This document shows positions 50,329 to 64,000 of a stretch of 64,000 nt of DNA, piece after piece. The notes beneath the pieces were generated by a model that was not told where the DNA came from, made no database searches, and was given only the letters and a program-made list of their open reading frames with translations. This stretch comes from Gonapodya sp. JEL0774. Taxonomy: Eukaryota. Where the stretch lies: positions 372,001 to 436,000 of the forward strand of contig JADIIX010000001.1 in NCBI GenBank assembly GCA_027604505.1, given 5' to 3'. How positions within the stretch are numbered: position 1 is the stretch's first letter; every line of letters begins with the position of its first letter. The translations under genes and the position numbers were made by a program.

Positions 50329-52051
50329 ATGCCACCGAAACGGAAAAAGCCCAGAGTCGTCGCCGAATCAGATGAAGATGAACCTGTTAGGCATGAATCG
50401 GATGATTCCCCTCCGCGCCGTCCAACAAAACGGAAAGCAAGGCCTTCAAACCGTGTGGTGTCTGATGATGACGAGGAAGACCCCGTTCCGCTCTCTGCCG
50501 TAAACCGAGCAAGAATCAGCAATGATGACGGTAGAAATGCTGATTTTGAAGAGGAGAGCGTGAGTTGGTTCCGAATCATTTCAAAAATCTACAGGGAATG
50601 AGGCGCCGGTTTTGGTTTGCAGGAAGAAGAACCTATAGCTTCACATCGTAAGAGGGCTCGTCGTCGCCAGCCATCATCATCTTCTGTCGAGGAGGACGAA
50701 CCAAAGGATGACCTTCCTGTCTCGGTTGAGAAAGTGCGTCGTTCCTCGAAAGAACCTGCCGATGTTGACGAAGAGGCAGACGACGATATCGCGATTGACG
50801 GCACGGAACCTTATCAAACGCAAATAACTGACACAAGACTGAGAAACCGAGAGAGGCGATCGGCTTTGGACAAGTTTAAAAGGGCGAGGGCCCGACGAGC
50901 AGCAGCTGGGAGTAGTAGTTCACTTGGGAGGGACGAGAGTGAAGACGAAATTGAAGATGCTGACGAGGAGGAGGATGGTGAGACGGATGAGTCTGGGGAT
51001 GTGGACGGTGATGATGATGGGAGTGTGGTGGACGAGGACTACGTCACCTCCCCCTACACCAGGCGGTACACTGCTGATGGTGGCGTGGATCTGGAAGATG
51101 ATTTGGATGATTTTATCGAAGATGATGGTGACTTGGTAGTGCTGCCTCGTAAGTTCTGAGGGTTCAATGTTTAAGGCTTCTGTCGCGAGTTTGAATAACT
51201 GTTCCTTTTTCGTCAGCGGAGTTCGCTGCTCTTGACGTTTCCGTGGCTGTACGACGTGTTGTGGAGTTCTATGCGCGCCTTGTCTTGCAAGGCCAAAAGC
51301 ACGCGCGCCGCCTCTTAAAGTCTGAAGGTCAGTGAGAGCACGTGCACCACTCCAAGCTTCTACCGCGATTTCACTCCCCATCTTCAATACCATGCAGACC
51401 AATATTATACCTCCGCGTTTCGAAAACTGCAAAATCGTGCAGACTCGGTTGCTTCCTCCGTCGCGCAGTCGTCTGTCTGGCAGAAAGTTGTTCGCTCGGC
51501 ACTCGAGACGTATCCAAGTGTGGAGACGAGAGCATTGGCAACCAGTACAGACGGATGTGACGCGTGTGGGAGAGACAGGACGTCCGTGTTTGAGGTGAGG
51601 GTCACGTATGACAAGGGCAACGCTTTGAGATGTTCCTATCCGATCTGATTCGGGTTCCCATCTCCTTGGGAAACTGCGCGTCAAGCTTCGTCTCAAGGGC
51701 ACTCCGTACAATCGCCAAACAATGACAGCACTCCACCGCCCCATCCTCCCACCAACCTCATTCCGAGTCGGACGATTCTGCGCAACCCGATGCCTTGGCT
51801 ACCACAGCCTGCACCACGTTACCTTCAAACTCTACCGGGCGACCAAACGGTGGATTGAGCGGCGTGAGGGGGAGGATGACGGGGACGGCAGCGAAAGCGG
51901 CGACGAGCAGCTGGTGGACCGGGCCGGGAACATTGCTCGCAAGGTGGACGAGGTGTTGGAGGATATGGAAGAGTCAGGTTTTTTTGCGCAGGCGGAGTTC
52001 TTGTACGACGGGACGATCGAGGGGGCAGAGGGGAAGTACGCGGTGGATTGA
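50329..52051 (+). CDS. DUF4211 / CCDC82-like protein with acidic low-complexity N-terminus
   Basis: DLDDFIEDD, SSVWQKVVRSALETYP, CDAC, LKGTPYN, FRVGRFCATRCLGYHSLHH. Confidence 0.75.
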
Positions 52052-52309
52052 GAGTCTTAGCGTGACAATCAGGGAACCTTAGATGGTAATTTTGTTTGCT
52101 CTTTGCACGTGTCTTGTAGTCTTGTATAAGTATTATTGTTGTCTCAGTGCGATTTACATGCTTTATGATGTGGTATGTCAAAACTGTAAAACTTCGTCGG
52201 GTATCTTGCTGCGGCATCAGAAGTTGCAACATTGAGAGTAGATCAGCGGGTCCAGCTTCTGCCCTTGGAAATTAAGCCTTGGTGCACAAGGTGGCCTCAG
52301 TCAATGACT

Positions 52310-53375
52310 TCACTTCTTTGTGCTTCCGAACCCAGAGAACCCCATTGCCGCCATCATCTCCGCCTCCGCGTCCCCCGCAGTTGCGTCTTCGTCCCCATCC
52401 CCTTCACCGTCCCCGTCGTGATCCTTCTTCCGGCGCTTCTCCTTTTTTCGTTCTTTGCGCCTCCGTTTTTCGTCTTCTTCTTGCTGGCGAGCTTCTTCTA
52501 GGCGTTTGTCGAAATCTGAGAGAAGGCTTGGTGAGTAAGAATTTGTGCACATTCTTTTGTGAGAGCTTTTAACCGAAGAGCTCACCAAAGACCTCCGGTT
52601 CTTCAACTTTGCGTTTCAGAGCTTCGAGGCGGGATTTCACCTGGTCGAGAGAAGAACGCTCTTGCTTCATAGAAAACCCAAGGTTACGTTGGTCTGCGAT
52701 GAGGCATAAGGGGTCACAAAAGGTGAGAGCGATGTGAAGGCAGCCGTTCAAGTCAATTAGAGCAAATTGGAGTAATTTTCCCAGCATGAATGCGGGGTAG
52801 CTGGTGACCCTCTCGACGTGAGTCTGGAAACATAAACATCCGGTTGTGGGTGACCATCTGTCAAGAACAACCCTGACTAGGAACCTCACGCTACTGACCG
52901 GAACAACAGGGAAGGTGCTCATTGTGCAAAAAGATCTGGGCAGGTCAAGGTAACCCGTCGGGACTCTGATGTCGAGTTTATACCCCACAGATTCCACGGG
53001 TAACAAGACGCAACACTCACGTTTTCGGCCATTAATATGATCCAAGTAGTTAACCGAGTCTTTGACAACAATATCGCACGTCTTGCAGTAGTAACCAGGC
53101 TGATTTGCCGCGCCCGGTTGAGCGGCGACGACTTGAGTTTTGTTCAGGTGCTTATCGAGCTCGAGCTTTTCCTCCCTGGGTTTGAGCAGAGCTGTCGGGC
53201 GATCCTCCGGAGCAATAACGCGCTTGGGTCTGAGCCCCTTCATCTTCCTGGAATCGTCCTTGTCGCCTTCCTTTGCCTCCTTCTCCCGTTCTTTCGCCCG
53301 TGCTGCGTATTCTTCCTTGTCCCACGTCCTCCGGAACGAGGTGTCATTTTTCTTCTCCTTGTCGTAATGCGACAT
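52310..53375 (-). CDS. SNU23: U4/U6.U5 tri-snRNP zinc-finger protein Snu23/ZMAT2
   Basis: [65 protein letters not shown]. Confidence 0.95.
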
Positions 53376-53501
53376 GATGAGTGGTTCTGATGTGAATTCT
53401 TATAAGTTGTGACGTTTTAGTTAGGTTGATGATTTTCTGATGTGGATGTGGCCAAGGTGAGCTTTGTTGGTGTGATCGCGACTTTCTCCTTTTCACAGCA
53501 G

Positions 53502-56415
53502 ATGATGACCACCGAGGAAGCACCAGCAGCTCCCCACTTGAAACCTAACCACTCTACGTCTCTCATCGCCAGTAGTAATGGTGTGAAGCGGGTGAAGTCT
53601 ATCGTCGCCAAGAAAAAGAATTTGTCCGACAAGGGGTTCGGACGAGAACTGGCTTCAACAGGTGCGAGGATGGGAGGAATATAAGTTTTCACTGTTTTCC
53701 GTCGATTGCTTATTTGTCTTTTCGTATCCGTTACTGTCTCGTGGGTCCTGGGTTTCCTGGCGCTATTGTTCTCCTCGATCACCAGAGAAACGGATCAGAG
53801 ATAAGGCGGTCTCAAAACTTACAGCCTGGATGCGCGCAAAAGGCGATGACGTCACTGATGGCGAACTCGCAAGGCTCTGGAAGGGACTCTTTTACTGTGA
53901 GTTCATTTATGATGTTCATTCGACCCCGTACAATCTGAATGCTGTTCTCCCCACACCCTCGACCGCACCGCATCACTTCAAACCAACCAAAAAGGCTTCT
54001 GGATGTCTGACAAGCGCCCCGTTCAGCACCAACTCGCTGAAACTCTCGCCACCATTTCCCTCCAACTCCCTACCCCTGCTCTCTCAATCCGCTACATTCG
54101 GGCGTTTTGGCTTACGCTTGTCCACGAATGGAACGGTGTGGACAGACTGAGGATTGACAAATTCTATTTGCTGTGCAGGATGTTTCACAGGGCGGCATTT
54201 AAGGTCGTCGGGAGGAGTGGGTGGGACGCGGCTTTAGTGGAACAGCTGAACGAAGTGCTAGTGGAGGGCCCTCTTAAGTGAGTTAATCACAAGTCCATCT
54301 TTTCATGCATATTGGGGGATGAGCAATTCAAGTGCGAAGGAGTGGGTTGGCACTGAAAAGTGGCCCCTTGGGACTACACTGATTGGGAAAGTGGTGCAAT
54401 TTGCCCTTGCCGGGGAATCTCCAGAGTGGGACAAGTCGAAGCCGCAGAGATTTATTCGCCATGATGTTTTTCTGGATTGGGAGCGGGGTTTCACAGGAGC
54501 TCTGTTTCCCAACACGTCTTCACCAATATACTCTGTTGATCCTCATGTCAAGTGTGTTCCTGTTCCCACAGCCCCACCTCCCCTCGAATCCCCGACAGTC
54601 TTCGTTACCATACGTGTGAAGTTTATCTCGATGAACTTTCCGCCGCACTGGCACAGTCTTCCACATCCACCCTCCCCGCCAACGAGTCGGAAGAAGTCAC
54701 CGATCCCTCGGTCCCATCCGAATTGGTGGCCACTTCAACTACAGTTGAATTTGTCCCACGCCCTGACCCACCCTCTGCCGCGTTGCTGTTGGAGCCTTTT
54801 GTGGCGGCATTCCTAGCGACGCCGCTCACGCCATTTTTTAATCGTTTGTCCTCCGAAGTACTCATTCGGGCGGCGGATTCGTCCACATCGCCGGTGTTAT
54901 TTGATCTGGCGCCCGTGCGAGAACGGTTGCTCGATGCGATGGAGAGGTACGATGGTGTTTTGGGAAAGCACAAGTCAGGGGTGATTGCGCTGATGGACAA
55001 GGTGGAAGCAGAGATGAGAAAGGCTGGACTTATCGCCGAAGAAAATGTCGACGCCAGAAAGAAGAAACTGGTTGAGTGGATGGGGTTGAGCACCGCGCTT
55101 GGATTGTCGGGGAAGCATGGCAAGGACAGCAAGAGCAAAAAGAGGAAGCGGGATCAGGGCGAGGAGGAGGAGGAGGAGGACAATGATGAGGTAGATGAAG
55201 ATGCTGAGCGAGATTTGGCCATGTTAGTGGACGCTGTTTACGACGGAGATGCAGGCATTGGTGCGACACCGGTGCTGGACTCTGTCGATGATGATGGCGA
55301 GGTGGATGGGGAGGGAGCCAAGGAGGTCGCCGTGATGGTCGAATCTCTTGATGCTGGTACAACTATTTCCACTCCTCCGGACGGGGAAGTTGCGAAGAAG
55401 AAGCGCAAGCGGAGGAAGAAGAAGCACCTAGATGTGGAGAGCAACCCTTTGGCTGCCGGTGGTGTGGTTGCAAGTGGGACGCTCACAGAAGCGGTCGCCA
55501 TGGAAGATGTGAGGGAAGAGGCTGAGTTTGCGGTAGTGCACTCTTCTGATCCCAAAGAACCAGAGGCTGCGGAACGGGATAAGGCATTTTCACCGAAGGA
55601 GACTGATAAGGCATCTCGCAAAGGTTCAAAAGAAAAACGTGCTGCTGCTGCTGCCGCCGCTGCGGCGGCGGCGAGCGGAGCTCCTGCTGCGTCCTCTTCG
55701 CGTTCCTCAGAAGACACTCCCATCAATACTACGACTCCAACCACGGCCGCTGTCAAAACTCCACCTCGCCGGTCGACTTTCCCCGCGTTTCCACCATTCC
55801 CTCCGCCCAACGCCACTCTCTCAAATTCCGACGACAATAAAGTAAACGCTGGCTCTGCGGATGCTGTTGCCGCAGAGACCGCAATGACGAATGCAGACGA
55901 TGGCGCCGACGATTCCTTTATGTGGGAAGACATGCCTGTAACGCCGAGTAAAGACGATGCAGGTACAACTGCGAAAAGCGTCGGCGGTCCGACAGGAGCT
56001 GGAACGGCGGACTCGGGGAAGCCTGCTGTCGGTGCCGGGGCCGTCGCGGCGACGACAGCGACGACGAGAATCGTCAAGAAGGGAGTTAAGTGGGTGTTGG
56101 AGAAGAATAAAGTAAAAAGTGAGTGTGGATGTGTGATGGCGCTGGTGTGCTGTGTGGAGTTACATGGCTCTGCAACAAATGAAGCCTCACCCGCCTTGTG
56201 TAAACCTCCATGATCCAAAAGCCTTCCACAAAGCCCTCCCTGTTGCAAACTTCCCTTCTCCAATCCGCAAAGACGCGGTTCCTGGCAAGCCCTTGCTCAA
56301 GCAGCGTACGCCGCCGAGCGCAGCGGACCTTGCCGTACTCGAGAGTCTCTTGGCCAAGAAGAAGGCGAAAGGTCTCGGAGCTGGCAAGGGCAAGAAGGGA
56401 AAGGGCAAGAAATGA
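53502..56415 (+). CDS. RRP1: Ribosomal RNA processing protein Rrp1/Nop52 with long C-terminal extension
   Basis: GRELASTEKRIRDKAV, LWKGLFYCFWMSDKRPVQHQLA, EWNGVDRLRIDKFYLL. Confidence 0.92.
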
Positions 56416-58070
56416 GAGTTCAAATCGTGGAGGCGTTTCTGGGAGGCGAATGCACTCCCAAAGGCGATTTTAGGCTGGGGAGTTCACCATGTCTGTATGT
56501 GGTCGTGTGGGGCGCCAGAGATAATAAGATTATAACGACTTTTGCTCATGTGTGAGTCAACTCTGGCATTGTACCGGAATAGATAATAGGACTCTTGCAA
56601 AGTACGTAAAATGCTGTTTAAATGGTCCGAATAGTCTTGATCTCACTCGGGTGGAACAAAATCAGAGACTCAATGAGTTTAGTCATCTTAATCAACTTTA
56701 TTATACAATCAAATTGTATTCTTGTCAATCAGTTCCTCTACGAAGTACTCATGAATGTTCAAACGGAACTCGCTACATGATTCGGAGCGACAGACAGGAA
56801 TCGTCTTTGACCAGGTAACATCTGCCGCTCGACATAAAAGCCGAACGTTGCCCGGGGTACGCCATCGCGGAGGCTGCGACCATGTACCCCAACCTGAAGG
56901 AGAAAGACGGGGGCGACCAAGAATACCCCCGAATCACCCTACAAGAGAACAACAAGGTAATCGCACATACTCACGTGCGCGACGCGCCAGACAGAGACAA
57001 CTGCGTGCTGGGTCCTGTCCTGATAGATGAAGTGGACACCCCCGCCGGCAACTCTAGCTATGACAGGTCCACTAAGGCACCGTATTCAGTGCGATATGTG
57101 GGGTATACAAGCCGTTACGAACGAGGGTGGGGCTTTAGTAAAGTTAGTCCGGGTTGCCCTGCTGTCCAAGGGCCGTTTTCCCCGTAATTGTCTCAGCGTC
57201 CGAGCTGCTTTGCAATTGTGGGTGAGCTGGGGGGCAAGAAAGCAGCGCACGTGCGACGAAGATACGGTAGATGCATGATATGAATGGAGACAGGGTCGAA
57301 GTGAGGGATGAGTGCGAAAGGGCGAGAATAGGAAGAGGTGTCCCGTTAACAAGAACCAAACAGCAAACGGCGACAGAAACAGAAACACGTCTTCGATCCA
57401 CCGCCAAACGATAAATGCGGAAGCGAGTCTCCCCATTCACAAACCTTTTGTAGTTAGTTTGAGGTGTTGAAGGTGGTCAAATTGCCGAAAATGCTTACCA
57501 ATCGGCCTTTGTGGGGAATTCTCCACAATGATCTCGTCACTGGAGCCGAGATACGTTGTTTGGCCTGACTCCTCTTTTTTGTTTTCATGTCACCATGTGA
57601 CAGATGAGCATTGAAAATCCGACAAATTTCAAATCACGATATACGACCGAGCCCATGCATGGTTTACGGGAGAGTCAGTTACCGTACAAAGCCAACCGCG
57701 TAGGCGAATCTCTAGCGTTCACGAGGTTACAGATGTCAGCTTGATTAGGTGTGTATTTCACGCCTCAGTGAACCTGATCTGAACATCATTCCAACTGTTT
57801 GAATTTCTTGGAAACACACGTGTTACGACAGATCATTCGAGCATGTACCTCCTCTCTCTCTTCTCATTTTCGTTGGTAGGAGTTTTTGAATTCCCTCTGT
57901 ATTACTTTTCGATTAGAACTGGTACAACATGGTGTTTCACACCTTGGGAGCGCGTTTCGGGATGTGGTCCAGAGATCTGCCGTCCCTCCATCCACCACCC
58001 ACTCCCCCTCTCATGAAGGTTTGTTGAGAATAAGACCAAAAGGGTAAACTGGGTCCCTCAGGGGGGATAT

Positions 58071-58076
58071 TATAAA
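58071..58076 (+). promoter_or_regulatory. TATA box of RPS15
   Basis: TATAAA about 110 nt upstream of the RPS15 ATG, followed by a CT/CA-rich leader. Confidence 0.55.
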
Positions 58077-58187
58077 GGGGACTGGGACTGGCCCGAGCAC
58101 TGGGCACAAATCACAGGAACGGACCACAGTCACATCACACACCCCCACACTCTCTCTCGCGAGCACATCCATCCATCTATCACAACC

Positions 58188-59574
<1,387 letters not shown>

Positions 59575-60006
59575 GTTGCGGGAGTTGTTTGTGGGTCAGT
59601 TGGAGGTTTCAAGTGGGTTGTTCGAGATGGTTGGTTGGGGGAGTGGGGTTGGGACTGTAACAATGCGAAGATGAGCGTCTTTGTATGAGTCTGTTCGTGA
59701 AGGGTCGGTGAATGGAATGCACATATATGCCCTATTTTGCGAGGTCCAGAGAATGTTGAGGGAGCTGTTTCACGCGTCTCGAGTTCTGCGGACAATGGCC
59801 CCAATAACCCGAACCCCGTTCCATGAGACCGAGTGACGGCGAGGCCTATTGACTGGCCGTCGAAACCGATCAACGGGCGAGACGACGGCATCACTGGCGA
59901 ACGCGTGGATAATCTCGAAGCGAAATCTTGCCCCCTGTCTGTCACCGAAAGTCGTGTCGTGTCGGGGCAGAAGCGAGGTCAACGATTCCAACAATTCTCC
60001 ACCACA

Positions 60007-63000
60007 ATGAACCCGCCCACCACGGCACCACCCAGCCCATCACCCTCCTCCGCTGCGACGAACCCCTCGACTGTCCGCCGGAGAGTCGTTGCCCTGTGGC
60101 CCTACGAAGCCATCGAGGACAACGAACTGAGCTTCAAGGGTGGACAGGTCTTCGAGCTCGTGGACGAATGTAATGCAGATTGGTGGGAGGGGGTTCTCGA
60201 TGGAGTCCAGGGGTACTTTCCCGCGAACAGGGTGTCCTACTTGGGTGAGTGTTTTGTGTGGGGGTTGGGGGTAGGAGGGGGTGGGAGGGAGGCTGAATGG
60301 AGGTAGTCTGAGCTCTCGCTGAGGCAGGGCACAATGGATTGGAGAAACCATGAAAGTAAGAGTTGTTGCTCCGCGGTGGCAGGTGGCTTGATGAGAAGAA
60401 CTGTAGCGGTTTGGGACCGTGTACGAGCTGCCGCCGTCAAATGAAATCGCACTACGATGCTAGGGCCGACGGCACTATTTTCTGTCTTACAGCGGACTGG
60501 ATAGCTACGGCGATACGGGGGAGGAAGTGATGGATATCAGGATATGAACGATCCGACACTGTTCGGTGCAGCTCGTTCGTAGTACATTCCCCTCTTACAC
60601 ACTCAAGTGGGGAGACTGAAGTGAGCTTACTGGCACCTTCATGCGTGGTGCTCTTTGGTCAATCTGGGGGATGGACGAGGAGTGAATGCGGGGACGAATC
60701 AAGTAAGAATCTCACCGAGGCTACCCACGTACTTCCCTCCCCTCTTGACTGTGGACTGTGAATCTTAACTTTTTATGGGATATTCAGATTAGCGCCAAAG
60801 TGTTTCAAGGATGAGGGAACGCCCTAGACCGTCTTCTCCCTGATGAGAAGCCCAGTTCTTTCCACCTGCTCTCACTGACTGACCCCAATCACTTTTCCGC
60901 CGCGTTCACCGCGAAACACACATATATTGCTTGTCTTTCAGATTCGAATTCCTTGCCACGTCGGACTCAACAATCCACAGCGCTTCCTACTCCGACACCG
61001 GATGCCTCACCCCGCTCCCTGTCCGGTGTCTCGGCCCCTTCTGTGGGGACCCCAACCTCCGCAATGTCATCGCCACCACCATCGGTATTACAATCTACGA
61101 GTACAGGAGACCACTTGGATGCCAGTCCAGGCCTCACCACATCGCCCTCCGGGACTTCTGTCGCAGCGGTATCGGCAACGGACAATCTTCTCGACTCTCC
61201 GTCATTGGTTCCATCAGGATCTTCACCAGTTGGTGGAGCACTTCCACAACTTGCCGGGTCTCCTACCATTGTGCCGTCGCAAGCAACTAGAACGGAGACT
61301 TCGGGAGCAACCTCGGGGGCTGAGGAATCGCTGGCAAAGCCGGGCGGGGCACCGCTAACAGTCAACAACCCCATTTCAGAAGAATCCATCGGGTCGCCAT
61401 CGATTGCACCGACTCCGCTGCTCACATCCCCGCAGTCCACTCAATCTGCTCTTTCTGCTCAGACCACCACCTCCCAAAATTCCGCTATTTCCAACCTCTC
61501 CCAGATCTCATCCCAGTCAGATCAGTCGTACATCTCGGCGCTAACTCAAAACTCTGATGCAAGGTCGATGAGCTCTGCAGCCTCCGAATCCCCATCTACA
61601 CAGGTGTCGATGGCGGTGAGGATGGCGAGCGACCCTTTCCGCGAGGACCGAGCGGAGATAGGCAGTGCCAAACCAGTACCTCCCATCGACACCCATTTCA
61701 TCTCTGGCGTCCCAGTCACCTTCAACTCCACTGAGCAATCCACCCACCCAACTTCCACATCCCCCTCGAAATCTCGCCCCCCACTTCCCACAGGAACTGA
61801 CCCCACTCATATGTCCCCCTCCGTCTCACCTACACCTCCCGCGCCGGACTCGGATTCCCAAGCGAATGCTGGAGGCGACTTTCCGCTCGCCACACCTTAC
61901 CCCTGGATTGCTGTGGAGGACGAACACGGGCAAACCTACTATTATGATGAAGTAACAGGAGATACAACGTGGGAGGTGCCTGAGGGATTCGTGGCGGGGA
62001 GTCGGGAAACAGAAGAGGAAGATGGCGATGGAGAAGGGTTACTGGAGGTCGATGGAGAGTTGGTGGAGTTAGGGGTGAGTTTGGTGGGGCATCTCATTGA
62101 CTCATTGCTGCACGGAATATTCATCCCAATCTTTACTTGTGCCGGTTGCGTATCGGTCTCAACATGTCACTGGTGTTCTTTTGAACCGATTATCCCTCAC
62201 AAACTTTTATCCACTCTGCCGCTCCATCTCCACCGTAGTACAACCTTCCCCCGCGGTGGCGAGCCACCCGCGATTCCGAATCTCAAATTTACTATTTCCA
62301 CGAGGAAACAGGCGAAACTCGTTGGGAACGTCCCGAACATAACGGTGACGAGCATGAAATTGAAACAGTACAGGATCTTGTACATCCTCATATGACACGC
62401 TCACCGCAAATCCAGGGGAAGAGGATCGAGGATAAGGAACTTCCCGAGCCTCCCGACGGGAATCCTATACCTCCACCTTTGTTGGTGCCTTCCCCGGCAG
62501 CGAAAGCCATGGCGTCAGGAGGGTTACAGGCTGTATCAAGGAGCCCGGCGAATGCCTCGGTGTCGGTGAGTTTAAATTAAAGCCAAGGGTGTGGCGGCAA
62601 ATCCTTGCGCTGAGGCAGTCAATGTTGAACTGCGTCTCGCGCTCGATCACTGCCCGTTATTTTGATAGGTTCGATCCACTGATTCTCGCATGACTGATGA
62701 GGATCCAGATAGCAAGAGTGAGAACGCTCCCCTCTTTACCCAAGATGAAGATGACGATGCGGTGGTAGCCGCGGACATCACGAGGGAAGATTTGGGTTTT
62801 GTGAGTTCATCATCTTCTTGTGACAGAAGGCATTTGTTTGGAATATTGCCCTTGTTCGTCCCAGGCACTTGACCCCATCCCACCGGATTATGTATTGTAC
62901 GAAGGGACTGCGCAGCTAAGACTGGATAAGGGCGAGGACAGGTTTATCAAGAAAGATTGGAAGACGTTCCATTTGGTCTTGTGCGATGGTTGTGTGGTGG

Positions 63001-64000
63001 CCTACAAGGAGACCACAAAAGTGTGTACGCAATGAGCACTTGGTCAATTCAGAGCATTCTCACACTTTTTTGACATTTTCCCATGCAGAAAGAACCTCGA
63101 GGGCTTCCACTTGGCCACGTTGATATAGCCGGTGCTCGACTTGAATTGGCTAGCAAAGACCAAACCCGTAAAAAGCACGCCATTGCGATGCACTGTCGCA
63201 CAGGAAATAGGTACCTTGTGCTCACACGGGATGACCAGGAGTGTACGACTTGGCTGGCCGCTGCGGGGGTTGCGGCGAGTACTCGGGAGTCGACGTTTGG
63301 TGGGTTGAGGCGGGTCCCAGCTGGTGCGGCGTGCTCGTGCTCACAACAGCTTGCTTGAAAAAGCGGTTCTGAACGCTGTCTTGAAGTATGAATCGACGAT
63401 CGCGGACAAGAAGCGAATGATTCCCCGGTTTTTGGAAAGGAGTGAGCTTACGTGGTTCATTGCGGATTATGAGAGCAAAACTGACGCTACACTGGCTGAC
63501 TAGAACCCGAAAAGATTGCGGAGGGAAGTGCAGTGTCAGATAAGGACCGCCGAACGAGTGGTAAAGGTGTGGCATTAGTGTGGTGTTTCCCCATGTTAAG
63601 CTAACCGTAGCGTTCCATGACTAGCTGATCCTATGAAGCCGTCAACAACTGGGTCCCACGGGTCCTTGCTGGACGAGGATGGGGACAAACAGAAGAAGAA
63701 GGGTTTTGGTGGGCTTTTTGCGAAGAGAGTGAGTGGCCTTGTGTTTTAGACCGGAAAATAAACGTAACCATGGTGCCTATCGGTGCAGCAACCAAATGTG
63801 AAGGAGCCACCTGATACCAAAGGTAGGCTCAATCAATATGTCACAACTCGATGATCACGTAGTTCACTCCCCTCCACCTTGTCATAGTGAACGTTTTTGG
63901 TGGACTCCTCGAAGCTCAGCTGGCTAAAACACCAGGTCGGCGAATACCGCGTATTGTAGAGCTTTGCACACAAGAAGTGGAAGATAGGGGTTTGGACAGC
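60007..64000 (+). CDS. SH3-WW-WW-PH-RhoGAP protein (ARHGAP12/27/9-like); continues off the right edge
   Basis: SH3 VALWPYEAIEDNELSF..DWWEG..GYFPANRV; WW WIAVEDEHGQTYYYDEVTGDTTWEVP; WW LPPRWRATRDSESQIYYFHEETGETRWERP; PH KKDWKTFHLVL..TRKKHAIAM; RhoGAP start VFGGLLEAQL..IPRIVELCTQEVEDRGLDS. Confidence 0.88.

Noticed and set aside
54315..54520. C/D-like boxes (GGATGA, two CTGA) and a strong hairpin in the RRP1 intron
   Set aside because: Box C is degenerate, there is no terminal stem and no convincing antisense element; too weak to call.
55238..56263. Long antisense ORFs (for example 341 aa here, and 60967-61440, 50920-51744, 45564-46145)
   Set aside because: They are shadows of GC-rich low-complexity coding exons on the opposite strand, with no recognisable domains.
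57485..57582. Fragments resembling U1/U2 snRNA 5' ends (ATGCTTACC, TCGGCCTTT), a hairpin and a T-run
   Set aside because: The matches are short and do not extend; no Sm site or conserved snRNA stems.
57760..57800. GAACCTGATC resembling the TPP riboswitch core
   Set aside because: No upstream CTGAGA element or P1-P5 pairing, and no thiamine-related gene nearby.
60340..60600. AAACCAT and ACATTCC resembling snR30/U17 m2 and m1 motifs, or a U3-like RNA
   Set aside because: The motifs are in the wrong order and spacing, and U3 boxes A/B are absent.

Overview
Gene-dense, intron-rich eukaryotic DNA (short GT-AG introns with CTAAC/CTGAC branch points) that reads as fungal. It carries several genes normally absent from yeasts and other Dikarya: the flagellum-associated ARMC3, Integrator subunit INTS2, a MICAL-type flavoprotein monooxygenase and an ARHGAP12-like SH3-WW-WW-PH-RhoGAP. 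The source is therefore most likely a zoosporic, early-diverging fungus (inference). About 24 protein-coding genes can be supported: UBR1, 4CL-like ligase, PhyH-like dioxygenase, CNS1, UBP2, UTP6, YDJ1, RPN7, O-fucosyltransferase-like, eIF2B-delta, AKR1, ARMC3, Rdx/SelW-like (Cys form), INTS2, degenerate MAPEG, WHIM-motif protein, GET2-like, RPP2, MICAL-like, DUF4211, SNU23/ZMAT2, RRP1, RPS15 and a RhoGAP. Main points of interest: a stand-alone MICAL (actin-methionine oxidase) catalytic domain; several unannotated intronic H/ACA snoRNA candidates (in UTP6, RPN7 and RPS15); a GC-AG intron that decides whether Ydj1 ends in a CaaX box; a possibly horizontally acquired O-fucosyltransferase; and co-directional genes separated by less than 100 bp. 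Gene models were assembled by eye, so exon boundaries are approximate. No database searches were run. I found no tRNA, rRNA, CRISPR array or intact transposon.
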